64,000 bases of DNA from a virus, in IMG/VR virus record IMGVR_UViG_3300034101_003866, positions 64,001-128,000 of that record. One strand, 5' to 3'. Positions within the stretch are counted from its first letter, which is position 1. The number at the start of each line of letters is the position of its first letter. Shown one piece after another: positions 9,088-17,088 of the stretch. A model generated the notes under the pieces. The model saw only the letters and a program-made list of their open reading frames with translations, had not been told where the DNA came from and ran no database searches. The translations under genes and the position numbers were made by a program.

Positions 9088-9897
9088 ATGAAAAATATAA
9101 CATTCAAATTTCTAGAAAATAATAACTTTAAATTTAAGGGATTCAGTAATACCCCCATAAAGGATCAATGCATAACATGTCAAAAAATATTTGAATATAA
9201 AAAACTTAAAAAATTTCTAAGAAATAGACTATCCTTGCCCACTTCTCAGTGGTGTCAATGTCATAAATGTTTTTTAAAATTTAGAACTATTAATAATCCA
9301 GAATGGATGGAGAGTAATCGAAAAGCACAGCTTATAGCACAAAATAAACCAGAGCAAAAAAAGAAAAATGCTCTAGGAGTGTCAAGAAGCTGGGATAATA
9401 AGAGAAAAAAGAAAGCTTCAATCTATCTAAAAAATAGATGGAAAACAGATCAAAAATTTGCCCAAAAAGCCAGATCAAATTTAAAAATTAATGATACTCA
9501 ACATATAAAAAATACATTTGGAATTGGTGGACTAAAAGGATTTTATAATGAAATATACTATGATAGCGCATTAGAGTTATCGTATTTATTATGGTGTGAA
9601 CAACTTAGTATTCCAATTAAAAGATATGATCTAGATCCAATACAATACGAAATATCAAATAAACAAAAGTTATATTTTCCAGATTTCATTATCCATGAGG
9701 ACATAGTGGTAGAGATAAAAGGTAAGGGCTTGTATTTTGCTAAAAATAAAGAACAAAATTTAGCGAAAACTGCAGAAGCCAAGAAAAAACTAAAAAATAA
9801 ATTTATAATAATATTTGATCAAGACAAAGAAGTTAAAACCTACTATAAAAAAGCCAGAAAATTACATCATGAAATTAAAAAGCAAAAAGATAATTAA
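9088..9897 (+). CDS. free-standing putative homing endonuclease (TnsA-N-like PD-(D/E)XK) between the intein halves
   Basis: N-terminal CITC...CHKC, basic helical region, then GFYNEIYYDSALE...YFPDFII...VVEIKG. Confidence 0.8.
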   Translation: MKNITFKFLENNNFKFKGFSNTPIKDQCITCQKIFEYKKLKKFLRNRLSLPTSQWCQCHKCFLKFRTINNPEWMESNRKAQLIAQNKPEQKKKNALGVSRSWDNKRKKKASIYLKNRWKTDQKFAQKARSNLKINDTQHIKNTFGIGGLKGFYNEIYYDSALELSYLLWCEQLSIPIKRYDLDPIQYEISNKQKLYFPDFIIHEDIVVEIKGKGLYFAKNKEQNLAKTAEAKKKLKNKFIIIFDQDKEVKTYYKKARKLHHEIKKQKDN

Positions 9898-9976
9898 GAA
9901 TCACACAGGAAAAGTCCACGATATCTCTGTTAAAAATTCTGCATCCTATAATGTAGAGGGGTTGGGAGTACATAAT
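9869..9976 (+). other. split intein C-half (IntC, 36 aa)
   Basis: MKLKSKKIIKNHTGKVHDISVKNSASYNVEGLGVHN: block F VHDISV, terminal His-Asn, +1 Ser. Confidence 0.92.
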
Positions 9977-10702
9977 TCTGCTGCAGGATGTTTAGTATCA
10001 TATCTTATTGGTATTACTCAAATTGATCCTATAAAATATGATTTACTGTTTGAAAGATTTTATAATGAGGGCCGTAATACTGCAGATCATATCTCCATGC
10101 CAGATATTGATGTTGACGTTCCAATTAATAAAAGAGAACAGATCATTGAATATATTAAAAATAAGTATGGTTCAGACAAGGTGTCTCAGATGATTACATT
10201 TAATACCATGAAAGGTAGAGGGGCCTTAAAGGAAGTATTAAGAGTATATGATAATATTTCTTTTGAAGAAATGAATAGAATAACAAAGTTCATTCCTGAC
10301 GAAGCAAAAATTGCTGACGAATTACAGGAAATGAAAGAAGATACGGGAGAGGCATCAATTATCAGGTGGGCACTAGAAAACAATGTTGACAAACTGAAGG
10401 AGTGGTGCTATATTAGTGATGATGGTTCTCTTTCTGGGCCTTTGGCGAAAAGGTTTGAACAAGCCATACGACTTGAAGGAACAAAATCTAATCAGTCAAA
10501 ACATGCTGCCGGTGTAGTTATTAGTAGTCAAAGTCTCAGTGCTGTTTGTCCTATGGTTTATGATTCAAAAAATAAACAAGCAATAGCAGGGATGGAGATG
10601 CAAGATTTGGAAAATCTAGGTTTGATTAAATTTGATATTCTAGGAATAGCTTATTTGGATAAAATGATGTGTGTTTCCGATTTACTAAAAAATGGTGTAT
10701 AA
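9869..10702 (+). CDS. dnaE: C-terminal split-intein half fused to DNA polymerase III alpha part 2 (palm/thumb)
   Basis: Likely start ATG 9869. VHN|SAAGCLVSYLIGITQIDP, LLFERF, catalytic MPDIDVD, HAAGVVIS, GLIKFDILG. Confidence 0.93.
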   Translation: MKLKSKKIIKNHTGKVHDISVKNSASYNVEGLGVHNSAAGCLVSYLIGITQIDPIKYDLLFERFYNEGRNTADHISMPDIDVDVPINKREQIIEYIKNKYGSDKVSQMITFNTMKGRGALKEVLRVYDNISFEEMNRITKFIPDEAKIADELQEMKEDTGEASIIRWALENNVDKLKEWCYISDDGSLSGPLAKRFEQAIRLEGTKSNQSKHAAGVVISSQSLSAVCPMVYDSKNKQAIAGMEMQDLENLGLIKFDILGIAYLDKMMCVSDLLKNGV

Positions 10703-10710
10703 CATTATAT
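10693..10710 (+). promoter_or_regulatory. putative phage-specific promoter motif (TGGTGTAT) upstream of the HNH gene
   Basis: TGGTGTATAACATTATAT overlaps the dnaE part 2 stop codon. The 8-mer ends 35 nt before ATG 10736. Confidence 0.5.
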
Positions 10711-10735
10711 CAATTTTTATAAAGGAAACTACTAT

Positions 10736-11419
10736 ATGAATAAAAAAGACTTAAAAAGAATGTTATATCAGGAAAATAAAACTCAAAGAGAAATTTCTAA
10801 AATTTATCTATGCTCTGAGTCTCTAATAAGCCAAAAAGTAAAGCACTATGGTTTACAAAAAGACATATCAGATGATTATATTGGAAAAAAGTTTCATTCT
10901 CTGCAACCTATTGAATACCTAGGTAAAGACAAAAATAGCCATGCTATATTTTTATGTGTTTGTGATTGCGGTCAAACAAAAACAGTATTAGGAAATTCTT
11001 TAAAGAATGGAAATAGCAAAAGCTGTGGATGCAAGTCTCGTAAAAGAGGAAAAGAACATAAACTATATTCTGGATATGAAGAAATAAGATCAGAATACTG
11101 GGGCAGGGTATTACGCGGGGCTAAAGATCGAGGAATTGATGTAAAAATTACTATTAAAGAAGCATGGGAAATTTTCTTACAACAAGACAGAAAATGTGCA
11201 TTAAGTGGTGAAATATTATATTTTCCATATACAAGAAAAACTTCTAAATATAGCACAGCATCTTTGGACAGGATAGATTCAAATGGACACTACGAAAAAG
11301 ATAATGTACAATGGATTCACAAAAAATTAAATACTATGAAGATGAATATGACAGAACATGAATTTTTAAATTGGTGTAAAAAAATAAGTATTAATAAAAA
11401 ATTATGCAAAGGAGAATAA
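10736..11419 (+). CDS. HNH-type putative homing endonuclease
   Basis: N-terminal HTH, CVCDCG...SKSCGC, CALSG, ASLDRIDSNGHYEKDNVQWIHKKLNTMK. Confidence 0.82.
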   Translation: MNKKDLKRMLYQENKTQREISKIYLCSESLISQKVKHYGLQKDISDDYIGKKFHSLQPIEYLGKDKNSHAIFLCVCDCGQTKTVLGNSLKNGNSKSCGCKSRKRGKEHKLYSGYEEIRSEYWGRVLRGAKDRGIDVKITIKEAWEIFLQQDRKCALSGEILYFPYTRKTSKYSTASLDRIDSNGHYEKDNVQWIHKKLNTMKMNMTEHEFLNWCKKISINKKLCKGE

Positions 11420-11420
11420 A

Positions 11421-11600
11421 ATGCAAAAACAATTTCATGAACTAGCGATTGGTGATAGATTCACAGTTAATGGTGTTGAATATATTAAAACTGAAGAAGT
11501 TAGAGTTAGCTGTTGCAGAAGTATCAATTGTTATGCTGCTTCTGATGCTAATCAAAAAGGACATTTTCCAGGAAATACAGAAGTTACAATAAATGGCTAA
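11421..11600 (+). CDS. small hypothetical protein (59 aa), absent from the ORF track
   Basis: SD AAGGAG, then MQKQFHELAIGDRFTVNGVEYIKTEEVRVSCCRSINCYAASDANQKGHFPGNTEVTING*. It fills the gap exactly and overlaps the next start. Confidence 0.75.
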   Translation: MQKQFHELAIGDRFTVNGVEYIKTEEVRVSCCRSINCYAASDANQKGHFPGNTEVTING

Positions 11601-12288
11601 TCTACAAAAAATTTGTGTCTTTGATTTGGAAACGGACGGAGTTAATCCTGATCTTTGTAGTCCAGTTCAAATTGCTGCGGTTATGGTCGATCCATTAAAA
11701 TTAGAAATAGTTAAAGATTCAGAATTTAACATTACTGTTAAGCCATCGGTTTTAGAAGAGAAACCAGAATACTCTTATTCTGATTCTGATGTTCTAGACT
11801 TTCACGCTAAAGTGAGAGGTAGTACAAAAGATCAAATTTTAGAATCATGGAAGTCATATCAAAAACAAGAACACGGATGGAATATGTTCATATCATACTT
11901 AGATATGTATCATATAAGATCCAACGGAAAGAAATCTTGTTTCACAGCACCAATAGCAGCTGGTTATAATATCAATAGATTTGATCTAAGGATAATAGAA
12001 AGATTAAGTCAAAGATATAATAATCTGAATAAAGAGGGAAGATCATCTTTATTCTATCCTAGAGACGTAATAGATATTATGAATTTAATATTTTATTGGT
12101 TTGAAGGAAATAATGAACTGAAAAACTATACACTAGACAACCTTAGAGATTATCTTGGTATAGACAAAGAAGGTGCTCACGATGCCCTCAAGGATGTTAA
12201 GGATACTGCAAATATTTTAATTAGATTCTTAAAGTTGCACAGGGGACTGTCGAATAAGATTAAGTTTAAATCATCATTTATTGGATAA
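11593..12288 (+). CDS. DEDDh 3'-5' exonuclease (DnaQ/epsilon-like)
   Basis: ExoI VFDLETDG, ExoII AGYNINRFDL, ExoIII AHDALKDV. Confidence 0.9.
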   Translation: MANLQKICVFDLETDGVNPDLCSPVQIAAVMVDPLKLEIVKDSEFNITVKPSVLEEKPEYSYSDSDVLDFHAKVRGSTKDQILESWKSYQKQEHGWNMFISYLDMYHIRSNGKKSCFTAPIAAGYNINRFDLRIIERLSQRYNNLNKEGRSSLFYPRDVIDIMNLIFYWFEGNNELKNYTLDNLRDYLGIDKEGAHDALKDVKDTANILIRFLKLHRGLSNKIKFKSSFIG

Positions 12289-12296
12289 ATTAATTA

Positions 12297-13922
12297 ATGG
12301 GTAAGTTTTTTACTTTTGATTGTGGTTGTAAGTTTCCGGTTATAAACGATAATGAGAATTTTCCAAGAATAGATTTTTCTCCAAAATTATCTAATATCAA
12401 CCTTAACTGTGAAAAAACATGGGATTTAATATCTCTTGGTAATACCAAGGGATGTTTTCAGCTAGAGTCCAGACTAGGCCAAACAATGGCCAGAAAACTC
12501 AAGCCCCATAATATTGAGCAGTTATCCGGGTTGATTAGTATTCTCAGGCCAGGATGTCTTGAGGCTATGAGAGATGGTAAAAGCGTATCAAACCATTATA
12601 TTGATAAAAAAAATGGATTGGCGTCTATTGACTATTTCCATACTGCTTTAGAACCTATTCTTAAAGATACATATTCTGAAATGATTTATCAAGAACAGGC
12701 GATGTCTATTGCTAAAGAATTAGCTGGATTTAATCTTAAAGAAGCAGACGATCTTAGAAAAGCAATTGGCAAAAAACAAGCAGATAAAATGGCTAAGGTT
12801 AAAGAACAATTTATTATTGGTTCTAAAAATAAGGGACTAATAAATGAAAAGGAAGCAGAACAAATTTTTGAATGGATTGAAAAAAGTCAAAGATATTTAT
12901 TTAATGCTAGTCATTCTATTAGTTATGCAATGAATGCTTATTTATCTGCGTATGCTAAGGCGCATTTTCCAAGAGTCTTTTTTGCTTCGTATCTTAGGTT
13001 TGCCAAAGATAAAATAGATCCTCAACAAGAGATTAAAGAGTTGGTTAGAAATGCTATTGAAATGGATATTGAAATAAGAATACCAGACTTTAGAAATTTG
13101 AACGAATTATTCATACTCAAGGATAAAAAGATATATTTTGGATTAACAGACATTAAAGGTGTTGGTAACTCAGTATATAAAAAGATTATTGATCTTGTTA
13201 AGAATTGTGATGTTAATGAATTATCTTGGTCACAAACCATGTCTATAGTTCTTTTAAATATAAACTCTATTGCGGCCAAAGCAATGATTAGTTGTGGGGC
13301 ATTTGACTATTTTAAAAAGAATAGATCAGAATTGTTATTTGAATATGAAATATGCAGTGGATTAACAAAGAAAGAGTTGGGGTCTTTTAAGGACTATATA
13401 TCTGTTAACTCTGATGCTGGAATATTAGATATATTAAGATATATATATGACAATACTAAGCTAATAAAAGGCAGGAAAGAGGCTATTAATAATTATATAC
13501 AATCTATGATACGTCCTCCGTATTCTTTGGTTGATAAAATAGAATGGCTATCTGATTCAGAAAATGGCCTACTTGGGGTGGGAATTACTTGTTCCAAATT
13601 AGATGTTTATGATGTAAGTTCTGCGAATTGTAATTGTAAAACTTTTAAAACGTCTTTAATTAAAGATAACATTATATTAGTTGGTGAAATTTCTAATATC
13701 AATGTTACCAAAACAAAAAATGGTAAAAACCCTGGATTAGAGATGGCATTTGTAACGATTGAGGACCAGTTTGGTACGCTAGATACTGTGGTCTTTTTTC
13801 CAGAACCATTTTCTCAATATAGATCGTATTTATTTATAGGAAGCATACTTGTATTTTCTGGTAATCGTAGCAAGTCGAAGGATGGGCTGATTGTGGAGAA
13901 GTGCTTTAATCCAGTTTCTTGA
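12297..13922 (+). CDS. dnaE: DNA polymerase III alpha part 3 (fingers, HhH, OB fold)
   Basis: GCFQLES, SILRPG, IYQEQAM, ADDLRKAIGKK, YLFNASHSISY, FGLTDIKGVG, MAFVTIEDQFG. Confidence 0.93.
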   Translation: MGKFFTFDCGCKFPVINDNENFPRIDFSPKLSNINLNCEKTWDLISLGNTKGCFQLESRLGQTMARKLKPHNIEQLSGLISILRPGCLEAMRDGKSVSNHYIDKKNGLASIDYFHTALEPILKDTYSEMIYQEQAMSIAKELAGFNLKEADDLRKAIGKKQADKMAKVKEQFIIGSKNKGLINEKEAEQIFEWIEKSQRYLFNASHSISYAMNAYLSAYAKAHFPRVFFASYLRFAKDKIDPQQEIKELVRNAIEMDIEIRIPDFRNLNELFILKDKKIYFGLTDIKGVGNSVYKKIIDLVKNCDVNELSWSQTMSIVLLNINSIAAKAMISCGAFDYFKKNRSELLFEYEICSGLTKKELGSFKDYISVNSDAGILDILRYIYDNTKLIKGRKEAINNYIQSMIRPPYSLVDKIEWLSDSENGLLGVGITCSKLDVYDVSSANCNCKTFKTSLIKDNIILVGEISNINVTKTKNGKNPGLEMAFVTIEDQFGTLDTVVFFPEPFSQYRSYLFIGSILVFSGNRSKSKDGLIVEKCFNPVS

Positions 13923-13946
13923 CAGTCTACGGCGGTGGTTTATAAT
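13919..13946 (+). promoter_or_regulatory. sigma70-type promoter for ssb
   Basis: TTGACA (13919-13924), 16-nt spacer, TATAAT (13941-13946). SD TAAGGAG at 13971. Confidence 0.8.
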
Positions 13947-13984
13947 ATGGTAGTTGCGAGTTTTCTTTCTTAAGGAGTTGATTT

Positions 13985-14356
13985 ATGAATATTACGTTGC
14001 TAAAGGGTAATCTTGCTAGGGATCCAGAACTAAGAAATGTAAATACTGGAGGAAAGCAAACATCAGTAGTTAATTTTACTGTTGCTGTTTCTCGTGAGTA
14101 TACAAAGGCTAGTGGAGACAAGGATAAGATTACTTCCTTTATAAATTGCGAAGCATGGGATAGCGGTGCTGAGATGATTGCTGAGTCATTCAAGAAGGGC
14201 GATTTGGTTATGGTCGAAGGATCTCTTAGAAATGATTCGTGGGAAAAGGATGGAGTTAAGCACAGTAGTCTAAAGGTTAGAGTAAATAACTTTTCAAAGA
14301 TTACAAGACTTTCTAAGAATTCCAGACAGGATTCACAAGAGCCGGTGGCATTCTGA
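13985..14356 (+). CDS. ssb: single-stranded DNA-binding protein
   Basis: LKGNLARDPELR, FTVAVSR, FINCEAW, KKGDLVMVEGSL. Confidence 0.95.
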   Translation: MNITLLKGNLARDPELRNVNTGGKQTSVVNFTVAVSREYTKASGDKDKITSFINCEAWDSGAEMIAESFKKGDLVMVEGSLRNDSWEKDGVKHSSLKVRVNNFSKITRLSKNSRQDSQEPVAF

Positions 14357-14381
14357 TAAAGATATTTAAACCCTTTTAAAG

Positions 14382-14417
14382 ATATGGGGGTGCTAATACC
14401 ACCCCTGTATTTTTATC
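14382..14417 (+). terminator. probable rho-independent terminator after ssb
   Basis: ATGGGGGTG-loop-CACCCCTGT hairpin followed by ATTTTTAT. Confidence 0.6.
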
Positions 14418-14422
14418 TTCTT

Positions 14423-16093
14423 ATGACAAAACCAAAACTTAAAATCTTGATGTGTTCTGAAGCCAGTTTCATAAATTCTGGTTTTGGAATTTATACTAAG
14501 GAGCTTCTTAATAGACTGTACGATACCAATAAGTACGATATAGCAGAATTTGCTTCGTATGGATTTGTTAATGATCCAAGAGATACTTCTATAAGATGGA
14601 AGTATTATGCTAATGCCGTAAAGGATGGAGATCCTAGACACAAAGAATATTCTTCTAGGGGAGATAACCAATTTGGAAGGTGGAGATTTGAAAAAGTTTT
14701 GTTGGATTTTAAGCCAGATGTTGTTATTGACATAAGAGATTATTGGATGACGGCTTATCAAAGAACGTCCCCACTACGTAAGTTTTTTCATTGGATACTT
14801 ATGCCAACAGTAGACTCTTCTCCACAACAAGAAGAATGGATTGATACTTTCTTAGACGCAGATGCTATATTTACATATTCTGATTGGGGTGCAAAAGTAT
14901 TACAAGACCAAGCATCTGGTAAAATCAACTATATCGATACAGCATCCCCAGGAATAGACTGTGATATTTTCAAGCCAAAAGACAGAAATACAATCAGATC
15001 AGCTTTTGGAATAAGTGAAAATAGTTTTGTTGTTGGTTCAGTAATGAGGAACCAAAAGAGAAAATTAATTCCTGAACTTTTTTCAACTTTCAGAATTGTT
15101 CTAGATAAATTAGAATCAAATAATAATAAAGAGCTAGCAGATAAAATGTTCCTGTATCTGCATACTAGCTATCCAGATATGGGATGGGATATACCAGAGA
15201 TACTAAGACAAAATAGACTAACCAATAAGGTATTGTTCACATATCTATGCAAAAATTGTGGTAATGTTTCTTGCTCAAAATTCCAAGGACCAACTAAAGT
15301 ATGTGAGAGATGTCTAGCAAAAGCCAGCGGCTTCCCATCTGTTACAGACGGGGTTAGCTCTGAGCAATTAAGTAATATATATAATATATTTGATATGTAT
15401 GTACAGTATTCTATTTGCGAAGGATTTGGTATGCCCCAAGTTGAGGCTGGTGCTTGCGGTGTCCCTATTGCTACAGTAAATTATAGCGCTATGTGTGACA
15501 TAGTAGATAAGTTGAATGCTTATCCTATAAAAATTAAATCAGCATTCAAAGAATTAGAGACCAAGGCTATAAGAGTATATCCAGACAATAATGATCTTGC
15601 TGAATACATTTTAGACCTAGCATCTCAACCAAAACCAGTTCTTAATAAAAAAAGATTTGAAACTCATGAATTGACACATAAATATTATGATTGGAACAAT
15701 GCTTTTAAGAAATGGGAAAAATATCTAGATAGTTTAGATTCCTCCGGCTATAGGTCAAATTGGAATGCTGGAGAATATCTGGAGCCATTAAATACCCAGA
15801 TCAATAATCCTAACAATAGTAATTTTGATAATCTTTTACATATTTTAAACGATAATATGAAAAATGCATCAATGATTGGGAGTCAAAAGATTCTAGAACT
15901 ATTGAACAGTTCAGATTATGGGTTTGTTCAAAATGGACCAACAAGTATTCTTGGATATAGTTTTCAAGATCTTAAAGAATATATTAGAACAAATATAGAG
16001 AATAATAACCAAGCAAAACAAGCCAAAGACAGTGATATTAAATTTGATGAAGATTTTATCTTATATGCAAAATTAAAGAATAAACAACAATGA
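14423..16093 (+). CDS. GT-B (GT4-like) glycosyltransferase
   Basis: SGFGIYTKELL, KPDVVIDIRD, VMRNQKRK, EGFGMPQVEAGACGVP (E-x7-E). ATG 14423 is preferred over 14384, which lies in the terminator hairpin. Confidence 0.88.
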   Translation: MTKPKLKILMCSEASFINSGFGIYTKELLNRLYDTNKYDIAEFASYGFVNDPRDTSIRWKYYANAVKDGDPRHKEYSSRGDNQFGRWRFEKVLLDFKPDVVIDIRDYWMTAYQRTSPLRKFFHWILMPTVDSSPQQEEWIDTFLDADAIFTYSDWGAKVLQDQASGKINYIDTASPGIDCDIFKPKDRNTIRSAFGISENSFVVGSVMRNQKRKLIPELFSTFRIVLDKLESNNNKELADKMFLYLHTSYPDMGWDIPEILRQNRLTNKVLFTYLCKNCGNVSCSKFQGPTKVCERCLAKASGFPSVTDGVSSEQLSNIYNIFDMYVQYSICEGFGMPQVEAGACGVPIATVNYSAMCDIVDKLNAYPIKIKSAFKELETKAIRVYPDNNDLAEYILDLASQPKPVLNKKRFETHELTHKYYDWNNAFKKWEKYLDSLDSSGYRSNWNAGEYLEPLNTQINNPNNSNFDNLLHILNDNMKNASMIGSQKILELLNSSDYGFVQNGPTSILGYSFQDLKEYIRTNIENNNQAKQAKDSDIKFDEDFILYAKLKNKQQ

Positions 16094-17088
16094 ATATCTT
16101 ATATATAGGACCATATCGACAAAAGGGCATCATTGGTATAACCTCTTTGTTTGTTTTAATCAATATATTATCTAAAGCAAATACCAATATTAGTTCAAGA
16201 CCAATCTATATCAATGGTTCTGAACCAATAGATATTGGGGACCCAACCGTACTATCGAGTGAAAAAAACAGATTCGATAATTATGATATGATTATCCAAC
16301 ATGTAGATCCGAAAGACTGCATTAAAATCCACTCTGTACAAAAAAATATAATCATACCAATTCTTAACGAAAGAATATTAGATGAAAATAGTATTAATAA
16401 ACTTACAGATTTTGATCTAGTACTAACAGACACAAAATGTTCTTATTCTAGAATTGCAAATACCACAAATAAGCTCTCAAGCAAAACAAAAAACTATGAT
16501 TATGATATTCCAATGTCCTCAATTCCAAAAAACCAATTCAATATAGGAACCTTGGACAATACTAAAAAATTGTATTTTATTGGGAGCTATAAACATAATA
16601 TAGCCAATATCAATTATCTGTGCAAATCGTTTATTAGAAATGTTATGAATAATGAATGCTCTTTGATATTATTTTTATTCGATATAGATGCAAAAATTAA
16701 AAACGATATTGAAAGTATGATAGCCAATATCTATGCAGAAAACAATATTAAATACGCCATTAACAGAGTCCTAGTTGCACCAATTGATCCGACACTAGAT
16801 AATATAGTTACTGCTCATCAAACTGGTCATATTTTTATTGACCTACAAGACGATAGTGGCAACACAGTGAATAATAAGTTTGCGGCAATTCTTAATAAAC
16901 CAGTTGTTTCATTTGGTTCTGATGACTATGAATATAATTATGACAGAAATCATACTATATATGATACTGGATGCACAGGCGTCTCGTATAAATCAATAGA
17001 GTCAAAAATTAAAAGAGCAATATCGGACAAGACGTATAGTGAACATGTAATCCCAGTTAAAAAACAACATATTAATAAAATCATATGA
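16090..17088 (+). CDS. divergent glycosyltransferase-like protein
   Basis: MNILYIGPYR start, YDMIIQH, LYFIG, AHQTGHIFID...NKPVVS resemble the GT-B layout. ATGA overlap. Confidence 0.55.
   Translation: MNILYIGPYRQKGIIGITSLFVLINILSKANTNISSRPIYINGSEPIDIGDPTVLSSEKNRFDNYDMIIQHVDPKDCIKIHSVQKNIIIPILNERILDENSINKLTDFDLVLTDTKCSYSRIANTTNKLSSKTKNYDYDIPMSSIPKNQFNIGTLDNTKKLYFIGSYKHNIANINYLCKSFIRNVMNNECSLILFLFDIDAKIKNDIESMIANIYAENNIKYAINRVLVAPIDPTLDNIVTAHQTGHIFIDLQDDSGNTVNNKFAAILNKPVVSFGSDDYEYNYDRNHTIYDTGCTGVSYKSIESKIKRAISDKTYSEHVIPVKKQHINKII

Noticed and set aside
8766-9976. One contiguous endonuclease-containing intein broken by sequencing errors, or a dnaE pseudogene
   Set aside because: IntN, the endonuclease and IntC lie in three different frames with a clean stop, a 49-nt intergenic spacer and separate ATGs. 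Both halves have the sizes of natural split inteins and all catalytic motifs are intact.
10703-12296. Self-splicing intron joining dnaE parts 2 and 3
   Set aside because: The gap is almost fully occupied by three ORFs, leaving no room for a group I or II ribozyme core, and part 3 has its own start and leader.
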